From positions 2,480,001 through 2,544,000 of the forward strand of contig NW_027266265.1 of NCBI RefSeq assembly GCF_022045235.1: 64,000 nucleotides of DNA, in the 5' to 3' direction. The position numbers were made by a program, and so were the translations under genes. Of the stretch, positions 1 through 12,400 are shown in pieces (position 1 is the first letter of the stretch; every line of letters starts with the position of its first letter). The notes under the pieces are model-generated. The model was not told the DNA's origin. It saw only the letters and a list, made by a program, of their open reading frames with translations, and did no database searches. This DNA comes from Haliotis cracherodii (lineage: Eukaryota).

Positions 1-139
1 TTCTTAATTCCCCTCGTCATCTCAGTTAATAAGCATGTACTCAAGATCCACACTGCCTTATTTCTTCAATCATCAGATATCTCCATTGCTATTTTCTCTC
101 ATCATCAGAGAGCGTCATTGCTCACTTTAGATACACGTC

Positions 140-238
140 GACATGGGTACAATGTGTGAAGCCCATTTGTGGTGTCCCCCGCCGTGATATTGCTGGAATA
201 TTGCTAAAAACGGCGTAAAACCATACTCACTCACTCAC
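140..238 (+). mobile_element. SINE family A, 5'-truncated copy
   Basis: Body ATGGGTACAATGTGTGAAGCCCATT...GATATTGCTGGAATATTGCTAAAA.CGGCGTAAAACC with (ACTC)n tail; 13-bp TSD TTAGATACACGTC at 127-139 and 239-251. Confidence 0.9.
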
Positions 239-292
239 TTAGATACACGTCATTATTTCAGAACTCTTTGCGCACGTATCCATCACACTCAT

Positions 293-327
293 CCCCCCCC
301 CCCCTCCCCCCCCCCCCCCCCCCCCCC
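293..327. repeat. poly(C) tract
   Basis: About 35 nt of C with one T interruption. Confidence 0.95.
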
Positions 328-2089
328 GTGAACAAGTTGACCCCTGAGGACGTTTGGCAGAGACTTATTATTTGCTATACGAAATTAACTTTGCACCAAA
401 AACACATGTAAGCAAGTGTGTAATCATATTTTCTTCCCCTTCGATGAATTCTATTTTTTCATGTCTTCCTAAAGTATTTGTCAGTGTTCCTTTTGTCACA
501 ATGATTTTTATTCATACATTTATTTTTATCACCAATCGGGCATAGACCATTAGTCGGTTTGTTGGTATTAACATTAAATATTATTTCGTACTCATATGAC
601 CTGAACGAGTATGTCGTTTGAGACGCCAGTGTCCTTGAATCAAATGGTCGTCTTCAATGCTTTTGTATCGCTGCTGAAAGAGGAGCTGAAAGAATGAAGC
701 ATGTGACAAATATGAATCTAATTACTAGTATATGCCAGATAATTGTAAAGAAGGATATGCACTAAACACAAAACCCATTTCTTCAGCAATAACAACCTGG
801 CTGCATGGAGTGCCTCTCCAAAGTAAACTAACGTTTCTCCGAATGTTGATATTAGTGCACAGGAAGAACCTATTTTAGTTATCCAATTTCTCGAGTGCAT
901 TGTTGCCACGATGAAATTTGATCAAGCTTCTAAACCGATACACCATCGAGCCGAAAGTGAAGCAACTGTTGTTTGCGGCTGACTTTCCGATGCAATATCA
1001 CAATAACTAGTGCGAGTCCTTAGTCATGAGTAGAGTTACGACAAGACTACTCGAACTGCATGAACAAAATCGATGATGCATGCTGCCCATTGCAGTCAGA
1101 GTAAAACCAGCATCTTAAGGAATACTTCTATCAAATGGAACGTCGACTATTGGAAAGCTGAAGTCGTATACAAGGACGGTTTGTTACAGGCGTGATAGAT
1201 TAAAGGATTGCTGGAACATTTCATTACGTGCAGCAGACAGACGAATGTCTGCATTCTGGAAAGTTCACATTATGTGGTCGTAATCGTACAGTCGACGTTT
1301 CTATAGAATATGTAAAGGGATTTCTCGCTTTTATTTATGCAACAGACAAAAGGAATATCAACCAGTAATACCTGTAAGGTCATGCTTCGCGTGTCAGACA
1401 ATAACAAGCAATGTTTCTTAATGCTTTGATATCGTACCTGTCTCCTTAGTACTGCCTGGCAAACAACACTATATGGAGGCACAAAGTACAATAAAAGCAA
1501 CAAAACTCAATATCTTCTTCAAGCAGAGTCAACCGTACGATTCCAACTAAATGATGACCATGAATCACTATCAAATAGTGATGATGCTTTGTTTACCATC
1601 GTGTACTCCATTTGTACCTGAATGTAAGTTACAACCTGTCAGGCCTTGATTGACAGAAACCTACAAAAATATTGGTATAACAAGGGCATACTGTTACGTC
1701 AGTGTGCGTATTTTGTAGTATTTTACGCAAAGAATGTTCTTGCTACATTAGCCCTTAATGCTAGTCAGACCTCAATGACATAAAACAGGTTCAAAATACG
1801 ATTGTTCATATGTACGTGCCATGGGTCGTCCTGTTTATTTCTCAATGAAATAATAAATATATCCTCAATTCTGTTTAGGGAAAAACAAATTCATTGAAAT
1901 TTATACAAACTGCATTAAGGAGGTAGGAGGAACATACTGTACATATTTATCTCTTCTGTGAATCTTTTAATGAAAGCAAAGTAATGCACACTAATCTGAA
2001 GAGATATCAGCCGTTCAATTACAGCTGTATAGCTTTTAAACCCTTTCTACAATCCTAGCAATCTCTATTCAGAGTCCATTTTGCGATTC

Positions 2090-2910
2090 CAATTCATAAG
2101 CAGGTATTTTTGTATGAATCGATATCAATTAGTAAGGTCGCCAGGTGCAGTCGTGAGTTTGATGACTTTGAATTATGCCATAAACTCCTCTGTTGCAATC
2201 TACCAGATTTGAAAACAGAGATGACGCATTTGGTGAAGAAATTCTCATTGCTATTAACAGGGGCAAACTGCTTAATTTATCCACAGATCTATTCTAATTG
2301 CTACCTGTTGAATCTTGTATCTCCGCACATGCATTGTCACATGGACAGTGAGCTCAACACCAGCTAGAGTTTCTTCATAAAACAGTTGACGTGACACATT
2401 GGCATCTCCAAAAACAATATTGACCTACTAAATGAGTCAAATACACATAGTTCTTTTACTATATTAAAACAGTTCACCAGCTCCAATTCTGTCCACATTT
2501 AACCTTTAAGCTTCATGTTGGAAAGTGATCGAGACAGACACAGGCTCAGGGATTAATGTCAACGAGTTTTAAAAGAGATAACTAACTATGCAACACATGC
2601 TGTGATATGATGTCTCATCGGGAAAGAGATGCTGAAGATTCAAACGAACACAAGGCGGCTTATCAGAAAGATGCATCAGAAACAGGCTTATCAAATGAAA
2701 TGCATCCGGTGCATCTGGACTCTGTGGTCAGAGGTCACTGAATATTTTCTTGGTCGGTGATGTTTCACAGTGCAATATTGACTGAAATACCGGCCTTTGT
2801 GGTATACATTCTTTATACATGATCGGTACACGCGATTCTTAAGTGGATCCGTAAGTGCTGATGCTGAACACATTTTCGTTTCATACCTATGTCCTACAGT
2901 ACTTGACATA
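2090..2910 (-). pseudogene. possible very decayed hAT transposase C-terminal relic
   Basis: Minus-strand fragments across frames: HRYETKMCSASALTDPLK (like hAT RF...ATxLDPR) and LVDCNRGV...KVIK/SRL (like the dimerisation motif SVDCERGFS..IK..RSRL). Many stops and frameshifts. Confidence 0.3.
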
Positions 2911-5744
2911 GAGTTTTCAAAGCTGTATTAACAAGATCAAATATCTACTTAGAGAATACTGCACGAGTTACCAGAACTCGCGTGCATCTTAGCCGAGTGA
3001 ATTAATGTTGTACGTCCCGAACCATGGCAACACAAGTAGATGCATCCTTTAATGATTGCAGCCATTCATCCACCCCAGCAACCCACATATGGCTGCTTAG
3101 GCCACAACAAACTTGTTTGACTGATGAAGCAAGATTAATAACACACTTACGTGATATAGAGTACCATTACTGCCTGCATCCTGAACTACCCACCTGAACC
3201 TTTATAATTTACCTAAAATTGAATGTTGAAGGACATGTGAGGAAGGAACAGTGTGTTGTCCTCAGTTGGATACATTGTTCAGACATGGATCGTTTACACT
3301 TCTGGAAACAGCATGTTATTCAAGTTGGCTTAATTCATGGATGTTTCGATAACGATGTCCATTAATGTGTTTTGTGGTTTGATAAATGTGTATGAGTAAT
3401 AGACGCAACGTAACACGTGACGTAACGTACGTCTGCTCGATGAACAGTGTGATTGGCTGGATACATGCCATGTTTTATGTTATGCTCAGCCCGGTAACAG
3501 TAACGTGGGAAGTGGGAGAATGAATGAAAATATGTTAGGCAACGTCGGATGAAACAAGTAATTGGCCAGTTTGTAATGTTTTAAGTCTTTTCATACCTAT
3601 GTGCAAACTGTGTTAGAATTGAGTAAAAATAAAACGAAAATGGGTTAAGATCTAGTATGATCCTCTGTTTTCCCCGATCACTTAATAGAGCCACTAACCT
3701 TGGTGCTTGTCACTGTGAACATTTTCTCTGATATCAACTATTAACATTGAAAGATGTTGAAACATTCTCTAACACTTACCACTAGAGTGCGAGATGATTC
3801 ACTTTTCAAGGGCATGTCAGTGTTTCCACGTGTGAGTCCAGTTGGGATTTTCCAGTTTCTTTTGGCGTAAAGCTTAACACTTCTTGAGAGCGAAAAGGCA
3901 AACGTTATGCCTGTTAACCCGAAGACATATAGATGTATATACGTCTTTAGTTAGAATGTCAACGACTTTTTCACAACAGTCAGCATGTTTACGATGTTTG
4001 TCCTCACGGAGTCTGCACTTTTGGTTTTGTCTGCTGATCACACATGTTTTCTGAGCTACATCTAATTTTTCTGTTTTTTTGTTTTTTTCCGCTTATGTCT
4101 TACTTTAGTATGTACACTCAACGTAAATGTGTTGGTGGCAGAGTGTTAATGCATGCTGCTTCATAACATCTTTACCTGAGCAGTTGGTTTTCCAACACCA
4201 AGTTCCCTATTCTAATTTGATGAGGCATAAGTTGTAACAAAAACATCCTGGGTTGAAATATACATTGATACCCACGTGCATATTTCCACCACATAGAACA
4301 GAGTACGGATTTTTTACTTTGCTTGCTCAGTACTAATCATTTACTTGAAGTCGTTTTGTAGGCTCCCACTTCTGTCGTATATGCGAATACACAGGGGTCG
4401 TATGGCTATGCAGATTTTGAGTTGACAGTTGCGCATATTATTGGGAACGGACCAATTTGATATTTTACAGACATCCTTCATACAGCTGTACTATTAATGT
4501 ATGTTATATACTCACTCTTACATAATTACTACGATATCTTCCCGACTTATTTGATGCGTGGCTACTTGTGATTGTTGTACTTGTAAGCGGAGTGGTTTTG
4601 GTGAATAAATCACGCACACGCGGGTTGATTTTCATTTGTTTAATAAATGATATCAAATGAACGAAGGCCCTGTGGGAATAAATAACCAGAGTTAAAATAT
4701 GCAAGATATCTCCACATAATGCACCCTGTCACTGAAAGTAAGAGGCTTGGGCTAGACAATAAAGACCACAGAAACAATAGAGAAGGTAAAAAAGTGCAAG
4801 GGTGACTGTGCTATTGTAACAGTGAAGCAGGTCAGATTGGGTGTTGAACAACGACTAAGACTTAGGTATTATAATAAGAGCTGACCTTAAATACACTTGA
4901 TGATTATACATAATAACATACTACTACATACGGACACTTTGATGTTTTTAAAGTATGATTCTAATGGAACACCTTCATTTTTTCCGGGGACAAATTGATA
5001 GGATATAAAAGCAAATTGTTGCATATTTATGGTATCACGTTTTCTTGAAAAAAAACCCAATATGTTTCCATCAAATATGCATAGCAGTGTGTATCTCTTC
5101 AAATATGTGACATCTTTTTAGTAACACTTTTTATCATGTATAACTCATCACACCAAGATTCAGGCACAAAAGGCCGCTCGTGTTCATAAACTTAATGTAA
5201 TACTTTATTCGGGTAATAAGCGGAAACATCTTATCTAATCTTTTGGTTGTTGTTTTTTCTTGTGCAAAATGTTAAGATTTACGACTCTCATCATTAGCCA
5301 GCATGTTACGAATAGAACATTGAATGTTATTAGAACAAAAATCTGACACTGGCATGTCTCGCATGACTCCTGCACGTGCACTACGCTCGTCGCCTCCACA
5401 CAATTGGTTAACGTCAACGATCTGTGTCATTTTAGCTTTCTTCCCACTGACTGCTACTATAATTAGACGGCTGAAATTTTTTTTCTAAAAAATTGGCGTT
5501 AAACAGCAAATATCTTATTCACTCCTGTTCACTCCTGTATGCACCCTGTGACAACAGGTAATATATAAACACCCAAATATTTACTACTTGAATGTTACTC
5601 ATATCTCTGAGTCTTAAGCAGTAACAGCAACGTTCACGCTTGGTCATCTCTCAATCGTCCCGAGCTACACATTCACACATCAAATGAGGTCTCTCTCTCT
5701 CTCATCCTCTAACCATCAGATCTAGAGCCCCTCCTTGCTTGAGG

Positions 5745-5852
5745 GACGGGTGGCATCAGTGGGGCAGGATACGCTCACCTTTTTGCGAATACTTTGTATC
5801 ATCACTATTCCATTGTGATTCATAAACACATGCTGTTGATATAATCGGAATT
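5745..5852 (+). mobile_element. Penelope-like (Naiad-type) 3'-end motif copy
   Basis: GGTGGCATCAGTGGGGCAGGATACGCTCACC..TTGCGAATAC...GTGATTCATAAACACATGCT, matching about 11 other copies in the window. Confidence 0.75.
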
Positions 5853-5959
5853 GTCCCCTTCGTTAGTGTTTCTCACCGTCAGAGTTCTTCTTTTCTCACG
5901 AAACTTTCCCTCTGGTAAGTTGTCTTATCATACGAGCTCTTCTATCTTACTTAAATCAA

Positions 5960-6480
5960 CGCTGCCAATATCTTTAATCATCAAAATCTATAAATTGCTT
6001 TCTCCAGCTCCTTACTGCGAATGCTCCTCATCATCTGAGCTCGTCTTTGCTTATTCAAGATGCACCCTGCTTATGTCTTTAATCTCGCGAGCTCTTGCAT
6101 TGCTAACCTCTGCTCCATGCTGCAAATTCTCCTTATCATCTGAGCTCGTCTTTGCTTATTCAAGATGCACCCTGCTTATGTCTTTAATCTCGCGAACTCT
6201 TGCATTGCTTAACCTCTGCTCCATGTTGCTAATTTCCCTCATTATCTGTACTCGTATTTGCTTATCCCAGATCCACCCTCCTAATGTCTTTATTCATTAA
6301 AGCTCTTAAATTGCTTACCCTAGCTACATGCTGCTAATTTCCCTCTTCACCTGAGCTATTAATCATGTACTCAAGATTCAAGCTGCTGATATCTTCAATC
6401 ATCGGTGCTCTCCATCGCCAGTTTCACGACCTGTAAGCTTATTGCTGACTTGAGATCCACCATGCTAATTTCAGAGCTCT
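5960..6480. repeat. degenerate ~53-bp minisatellite with a near-identical 105-bp dimer
   Basis: TCATCTGAGCTCGTCTTTGCTTATTCAAGATGCACCCTGCTTATGTCTTTAATCTCGCGA at 6031 and 6136; diverged units continue to ~6480 and a related stretch occurs at 1-120. Confidence 0.8.
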
Positions 6481-6484
6481 TCAC

Positions 6485-7228
6485 ACATATATGATTTCAA
6501 TTGTGCAAAGTCGTGGCTGCATTCATCAGATCAGAAAGAGTGGTATAGAGAGCTATGGAATGATAGAGGCAAGGAAATCGGTAATAAACTCCGTACTTAC
6601 AGGCTTTTTAAAAGCTTCTTGTCAGTTGACTACAACACTGAATAGATCCCACCGCAGTATTCTCAGTAAATTACGCTGTGGGACTTTGCCTTAGAAATAG
6701 AACTTGGTAGATTTACTAGCCCTAAGATACCACTGCAAAATAGGACATGTAAGTTTAGTAGTATTGATTGTGTGGAGGATGAAGTTCACTTTTTGATCTC
6801 TTGTAGTTTTTACTCAGATTTAAGGTACGACTTGTGGCTGGAAATAATTAGATCAGAACTATTCTATCTCCTGTTAACCAGGCCGTGTTCCATTTACAAA
6901 GCAAGAAGTTAATTAAACCCCTAGCCACCCTAGTAAGGCAAATGTACTTGCGCCGTAGGATTAGCCTTAGCAGGTAATATTTGCCTTATATATCCATAAT
7001 ATTAGTATTATATTACAGATTGTACTGCGATTAGGTCTTTGTATGTATCATCTTTATTATTTTTCATTTTATTATGTACTGTACTGTGCTGTGTGTCTCA
7101 TAGGCCTGTTGGCCGGATGTTGTATATTTGATCAAAGGTTTTTGTAATTTTGTCCTCTATTGTTGCACATCATTAATATATAATATATGACACAATAATA
7201 AACTATTTTTCTTCTTTTCTTCTTCTTC
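6485..7228 (+). mobile_element. CR1/L2-group LINE 3' end (5'-truncated)
   Basis: RSILSKLRCGTLP / LEIELGRF..KIPLQNRTCKF..IDCVEDEVHFLISCSFYSDLRYDL, the typical C-terminal RxC..C..EDExHF..C..Y..R signature; 3' UTR ends in AATAAA and a (TTC)n-like tail. Confidence 0.85.
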
Positions 7229-8581
7229 ATATAGCCTTAGAACTCATTCCTGTCAACACGTTAGACCTTTAGGACTTTTCTTTTGGTCAGTCATTTGGCA
7301 GAGACCTTACATTATTGTTTGTCATACGAAATTATTCTCGCACCAAAGCACGTGTTAGCAAGCTTTTGTCTTAAAAGACGTTCATGCAGTCTTTATCTGT
7401 ACCTGTTTCTTCTCTGTTATTGGATTTCATGCATAATCTGGGTCCAGCTTGACATGAACCACATCATTATTGTGTTAGTTTCTTATATCCAAGTGTGTAA
7501 TTATGTAACCTTCAGCTTCTTGTTATCAACTACGAAATATACGTTTGGAAGGTACCCTTTTATGTCATGCAAAAGTATCCTCGCATCAAAATCCACAAGC
7601 AAACACTGTTTTGTCTTTAGCAGATTCTCATACGGTCTTCGGTGTGCGCTCTTTTTAGTTATACATACATAAGCTGGGTCGGGTATGAGATCAATGACGC
7701 CATCATTGTGTAGGTTTCTAATCCAAATGTGTAATTATATTTCAGCTTCGATAAAGTATATTGAATGCCTTTTAAAATATTAGTTAGTGTTTATTTATCA
7801 AAGTGAATTTCTTCAATATATACTCTATAACAGTTTGAACATGAATCGTTTGTCGGTTTGTTGTTATAGACATTAAATATTGTTCTGTACTAATTAGACC
7901 TGAATGAGTATACTCGTTTCAGACCACCGTCAGTGTCTGAATGTCGGTGCGGAAAGAGATCTTGTGACAATTATGAAATATATATATTCTACATAATTGT
8001 AAAAAGGAAAAGAAACAAAAAACGAAATCCATTGTAGTTTCAACAACAGACGAACTGCACAGGGTTACTTTATATAGTTAACTACTGTTTCCCCAAATCT
8101 TGATATTAGGGCACGATAAGTAGATATGTGGTAATTCCATTTGTCGAGTGCGCTGTTGCCACGTTGCAATTTGATCAAGCTGTTATTGAGATACGCCATC
8201 GAGTGATGAAACTATTTTATGGCTGACATTTTGAAGTAATATCACAATAACTAAACGTCTCAACACTTGGACATCACAACAGTAACGACAAGGTTTGTTT
8301 TTTTAACTGCATGTAGTTACGTCCATCAAATCAACATGGAACAAAATCGATAATGCCTATTGCAACCTGAGTAAACCAGCATCCCAAGCCATGTTTGGCG
8401 GGGCGAGTGGAAGAATTGGGGTGAACGCTGCTTTGAATAGTATTTCCGCTTTATGAGGGCGTGTCTACTTACTTTGGAATGACATTTCCATACTATACTG
8501 GTCCTAGATGTTTCCTTCTCTGGCGAAACCTTCGAGTATGGACAGATAAAAAGTCATGTTCAGGCTAAATCTGGGATTCGA

Positions 8582-8769
8582 GTGAGTGAGTGAGTGAGTG
8601 AGTGAGTGAGTGTGTATGGTTTTACGCCGCTTTTAGCAATATTCCAGCAATATCACGGCGGGGAACACCAGAAATGGGCTTCACACATTGTACCCATGAC
8701 GGGAATCTAACCCGGGTCTTCGGCGTGACGAGCGAACGCTTTACCAAAATGGCTACCCGACCGGCCCCT
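8582..8769 (-). mobile_element. SINE family A, full length, tRNA-Asp-like head
   Basis: Minus strand: A-box-like GTAGCC..TTGG, GTC anticodon-like loop (CTCGTCACG), B-box-like GGTTAGATTCC, (ACTC)n tail; TSD TCTG(G/T)GATTCGA at 8570-8581 and 8770-8781. Confidence 0.9.
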
Positions 8770-9960
8770 TCTGTGATTCGAACCCACAATCACGGGATTC
8801 AGGAAACCTGTGGGTAAAACAAGGAGCCCTCTGCAGGCAAAAGTACACAAGGTTATGTTTTGGTGACGTCATTATGTCACGTTCTAAATGATGTTCCTTA
8901 ATTAAGTCGCCAGGAAGTTGATCGGCGTTCTGAATATGATGAACTGATCGGGTTTGTCTGCTTTCCCTTGTGTGCAACTGATCGAAATCATAAAACATGT
9001 CCTCCCTTTATTGGGATACATGTCCGCTATAAGACCTTTTTTTAATTTCACGGAACACTGAGTTAACATCATACTGCCTTCCCGAAGCACGAGGGAACTA
9101 TTATGAGTATTGTTTACATAAACAAGTGTTTGAATACATAAATCATTTGATAAATCACACATTGCTACTATCACAAACGCGAAAAAAAACGTGATGTGAT
9201 CACATAGGACAGGCAGTAGGTAATGTACACGGGCAATACCTTATCGACAATCGCAAGACCTCGTAAGGAATGACAAAAATATCAAAAGCTGTAACGTGCA
9301 TCTCTTGTCTTGAAGTGCTATGATTTTCCGACATTATGCCAACGCGCTCGATGTAGTGCAGAGAGGTGTGACATGTCTAAGTTTATTCGCCTCATGGCAC
9401 TGCGATAACATTCCACTGTTGTATTATTTGTTTTTAAGCTGTCTCATTTTCCTGGATGTGAAATTCATTAACTGTAGCGGTGGGAGAAATTCTTAGTGGT
9501 ATGCATTGAAAATGTGTTTAAAGAACTAGCTCCCTTTGTAAGAAAAAACGTCTTTTGTTATGAAAGCGCGTGGTGGAGAATTGGGCAAACTGCGATGTTT
9601 CGATGTAAATGAAGAGGAACCATGGTGTTCACGGAGTCTACGATGTGTTTTTGAGTCACTATATTTCATGTGTGATGTGCGATAGCTCCCGTATTTGACA
9701 TGCATCTGAATAAATCCTCGAACTTTGAATTGCAACTGCGTGTTGCACGTGCGAATGCGTCACCAGCGGGGTACCACTATATTAACGCTATGTCGAACAA
9801 GAACACGTGTATTACTGATGGCACGGTTAGCATAATTTCCATAAATTGTTTTATTTATGTCAAAACAAATGTTGTTCTCACTCACAAGTTTCACAAAGCG
9901 ACATGAGCGTGTTATAAGTGCGTGCAACATCGGGAAATATCTCTGATGGGCAACTGTTAA

Positions 9961-10492
9961 CGCATCTTCCCGAGGCAAAGGAGTTAACTGACTATATAAG
10001 TCCAGTTTCCACCCTTGCCGAACTTGGCTGGTATTATGGAGTTACGTTTTGTCTGGACTAACGAGTCTATGCATAGTCCAATCAAAATCGCGCACAGAAA
10101 TCGAAATCCGGTTCGTAAACTGTCGTGAAGATTTCGATCGATTGCACGATTTGCAAAACATGTGCATCGCCAATTCGTTGTCAGCAGATATTTTCCAAAT
10201 CCTTTCATGTTTTAGTCAAGGTGCTCACGTGATTTGATGCATTTCGCGATGCATTATCACAATATAGATCTTGATTATCGATCAGATCGTCCTGACTGGG
10301 CGCCACCTTTTTGTGTGAAGCAAACGCAAGTGATACGAGAGGTGGAATCTATAGTCCATAGGAGAGGCTTAGAAGGGACATAATTGGTAATAGCCACTGG
10401 TGGCGCAACGATCGAGCCTAGTAATTCCAACCTAGTTCGGCAAGGGTGGAAACTGGAAAGTCAGTTAACTCTCTTGCCTCGGGAAGATGCTG
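9961..10492. mobile_element. MITE with ~70-bp imperfect TIRs, flanked by TTAA
   Basis: Left GCATCTTCCCGAGGCAAAGGAGTTAACTGACT..CCAGTTTCCACCCTTGCCGAACT is the reverse complement of 10433-10490; TTAA at 9957-9960 and 10493-10496. Confidence 0.8.
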
Positions 10493-10826
10493 TTAACGGA
10501 CAATAGTGATTCCAAGGAAAAACGATATACATACAACTTCTTCCGGAATAGGATTTTTATTGAGTCGTTTTGCAGACCGACGTTTAAACGATGCTCAGAC
10601 AGAAACATTCCACTTCTTTCACTGTTAATATTTAAAGTAGTTAATTCTTTCTTTATCGAGGAGGCTGCGAGAGATAGCATCAAACCCCGGAATTCATCCA
10701 CAGATAATATAAGCTTCACAAATTAAGTCTGACAAACAGGAAGATTACACCATAATAGAAGTATTCTTATTCAGAGATTCCCCTTGTAAACACCTGTGCA
10801 TATTGCTATTAATGTTTATAAACACT

Positions 10827-10950
10827 TTGGCCTGGCGCTCGGAAATTGAGTCTGAAACAAGGACTGGTCAGGTCGGATTCAATATACTGTGGCTGATTCA
10901 ATACACACACAAACACACACAAACACAAACACACACGTACCCACACGTAT
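10827..10950 (+). mobile_element. SINE family D (Meta-like) fragment with CA-rich tract
   Basis: CCTGGCGCTCGG...AAACAAGGACTGGTC.G.TCGGA.TCA.TATACTGTG matches 43740-43805. Confidence 0.7.
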
Positions 10951-11039
10951 TCCAATTACCTTACACTAGAGTCTCATAATTCGCCATCGCTAACAGTTGC
11001 AAGGAAAGTGTATTAATCACAGGTACTCTTCCTGTGCCA

Positions 11040-11275
11040 AAGAAGAACCCCCACGTAGCGTCAAGAAGATCTTCTTACAACCTGAAAACATCACGTGGAA
11101 GTGAAGTGGCGTATATGAACATCTAGTACATGTCAGGCACTGATGTGCCTGTCTACAAATCAACACAATCCTAAATCTGAATCAGAGGGAGATACACGTA
11201 TTTGGTTGGAGCCCTCTTCAACATCGATGTCTCTTCTGATCAAAGGCAAGGTAGATCTGCTTAATAGTTACACGG
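11040..11275 (+). pseudogene. decayed reading frame, paralog 1 of the putative DEDDh exonuclease-like relic
   Basis: YNLKTSRGSEVAYM...TNQH...TRIWLEPSSTSMSLLIKGK aligns with the copies near 29.1, 39.7 and 56.4 kb. Confidence 0.4.
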
Positions 11276-11429
11276 ATCCACGTGTGTTATGTAGGAATAT
11301 GACAACAATGATTTGGGTTCGAAAATAAACATACAAGGTAGGTAGTAAGGTATATGTCAGGTCCAGAAAATGTACCACCACATCCCTCTCTGTAAGATTA
11401 CAGTATTCCTCAATACCATCAGGGATTAT

Positions 11430-12400
11430 CTTTATATTCACAGAATGTATTTGAGAAAAGTGAAATTAATACCATGTGGAGTCTAAAAAACGCAAAGGAT
11501 GGATCTGCTTGAATGTTTGCAGTGTCAGAAAAAAGCGAGGTATATTCTGTGAAGACATGCTTTTATTAACTCTGTACACCACCATACCAAACGATAAACT
11601 TGATCCAATATATGCATTTGTCATAACCATATTTACTAATATAACTGTGACACTTTGCATGTTTACATTATGCGAGATCCTATCCCACACTATGAACTTT
11701 ACAGAGAGTTTCCACACATCCTTCCTCACTGGCATTTACTTAACCGGATTGGGAGTCAGGCTTGGTGACCTCTGGTTAACAGCGTGTACCCCGACGACGT
11801 GGATCATCGCTCATGAAACTGACCACTGTCCTGTCTGGTCCAGACTATTGTTGACAGATCGCTGTAATTGTGTTATGATATGCTTAACCATTTCATGAAC
11901 ACCAGATGTCATGAATCATTTTCAGCGATCTATTCATATAATTCATATGTTTGTGCCCTATGGATTTTGTTTCGGCAGATATTCGATCGCGATCGTCGAC
12001 GTTTTGGGTTTGTCACAGAACATGGTGATCACAAATGTAGTTACATCCCTTTCTTCTAAGATTAAGGAAAATTTGTTAAAATTAGCAGCAAATGAAATAA
12101 ATCAGGGTGAGACATTTAGGCAAGAAATATACATTCCCATAGGCACCAACTGCGTAACCCTTCTTATTGATTTGTTTCTTTGTTCCTGCGAATCGGAATT
12201 TATGCTGAGATTGAAAAACAAAACCACGTAAATTCAGTCAAGGCTTTAGACGTACAGAGCTTCAGATATATCGATGATCCGATTTCGTTCCAATAGACAG
12301 TTACATTCCACTGATTTACCCACTTGAACTAGAAATAAAAGATAACATTGAAGCCGCCTCATCTTTGAAATCTTTGTAGAAAGAGCATCCACATGTAGAC
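11430..12400 (+). mobile_element. Penelope-like (Naiad-type) reverse transcriptase relic
   Basis: EKSEINTMWSLKNAKD, TLYTTIPNDKL, FRQEIYIPIGTNCVTLLIDLFLCSCESEF, FRYIDD (12261) and IYPLELEIKD follow the PLE RT motif order (MWILKNSK, STLYTTIPH, GIPMGTNCAPLLADLFL, FRYIDD, IYPxELEIKD). Interrupted by a SINE fragment. Confidence 0.85.
11745..11870 (+). mobile_element. SINE family C fragment nested in the PLE relic
   Basis: GGATTGGGAGTCAGGCT..GTGAC...GTGGATC.ATCGCTCATG..CACTG..CTGTCTGGTCCAGACT matches 21082-21200. Confidence 0.7.

Noticed and set aside
5851-6300. 149-aa ORF
   Set aside because: Lies in the 53/105-bp tandem repeat, starts at a non-ATG codon and has no recognisable domain.
8700-8769. 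tRNA-Asp gene (similar heads at 31480, 43613, 63110)
   Set aside because: Acceptor stem not intact and no pol III terminator; the sequence runs into a SINE body (TSD-bounded at 8582 and 43613).
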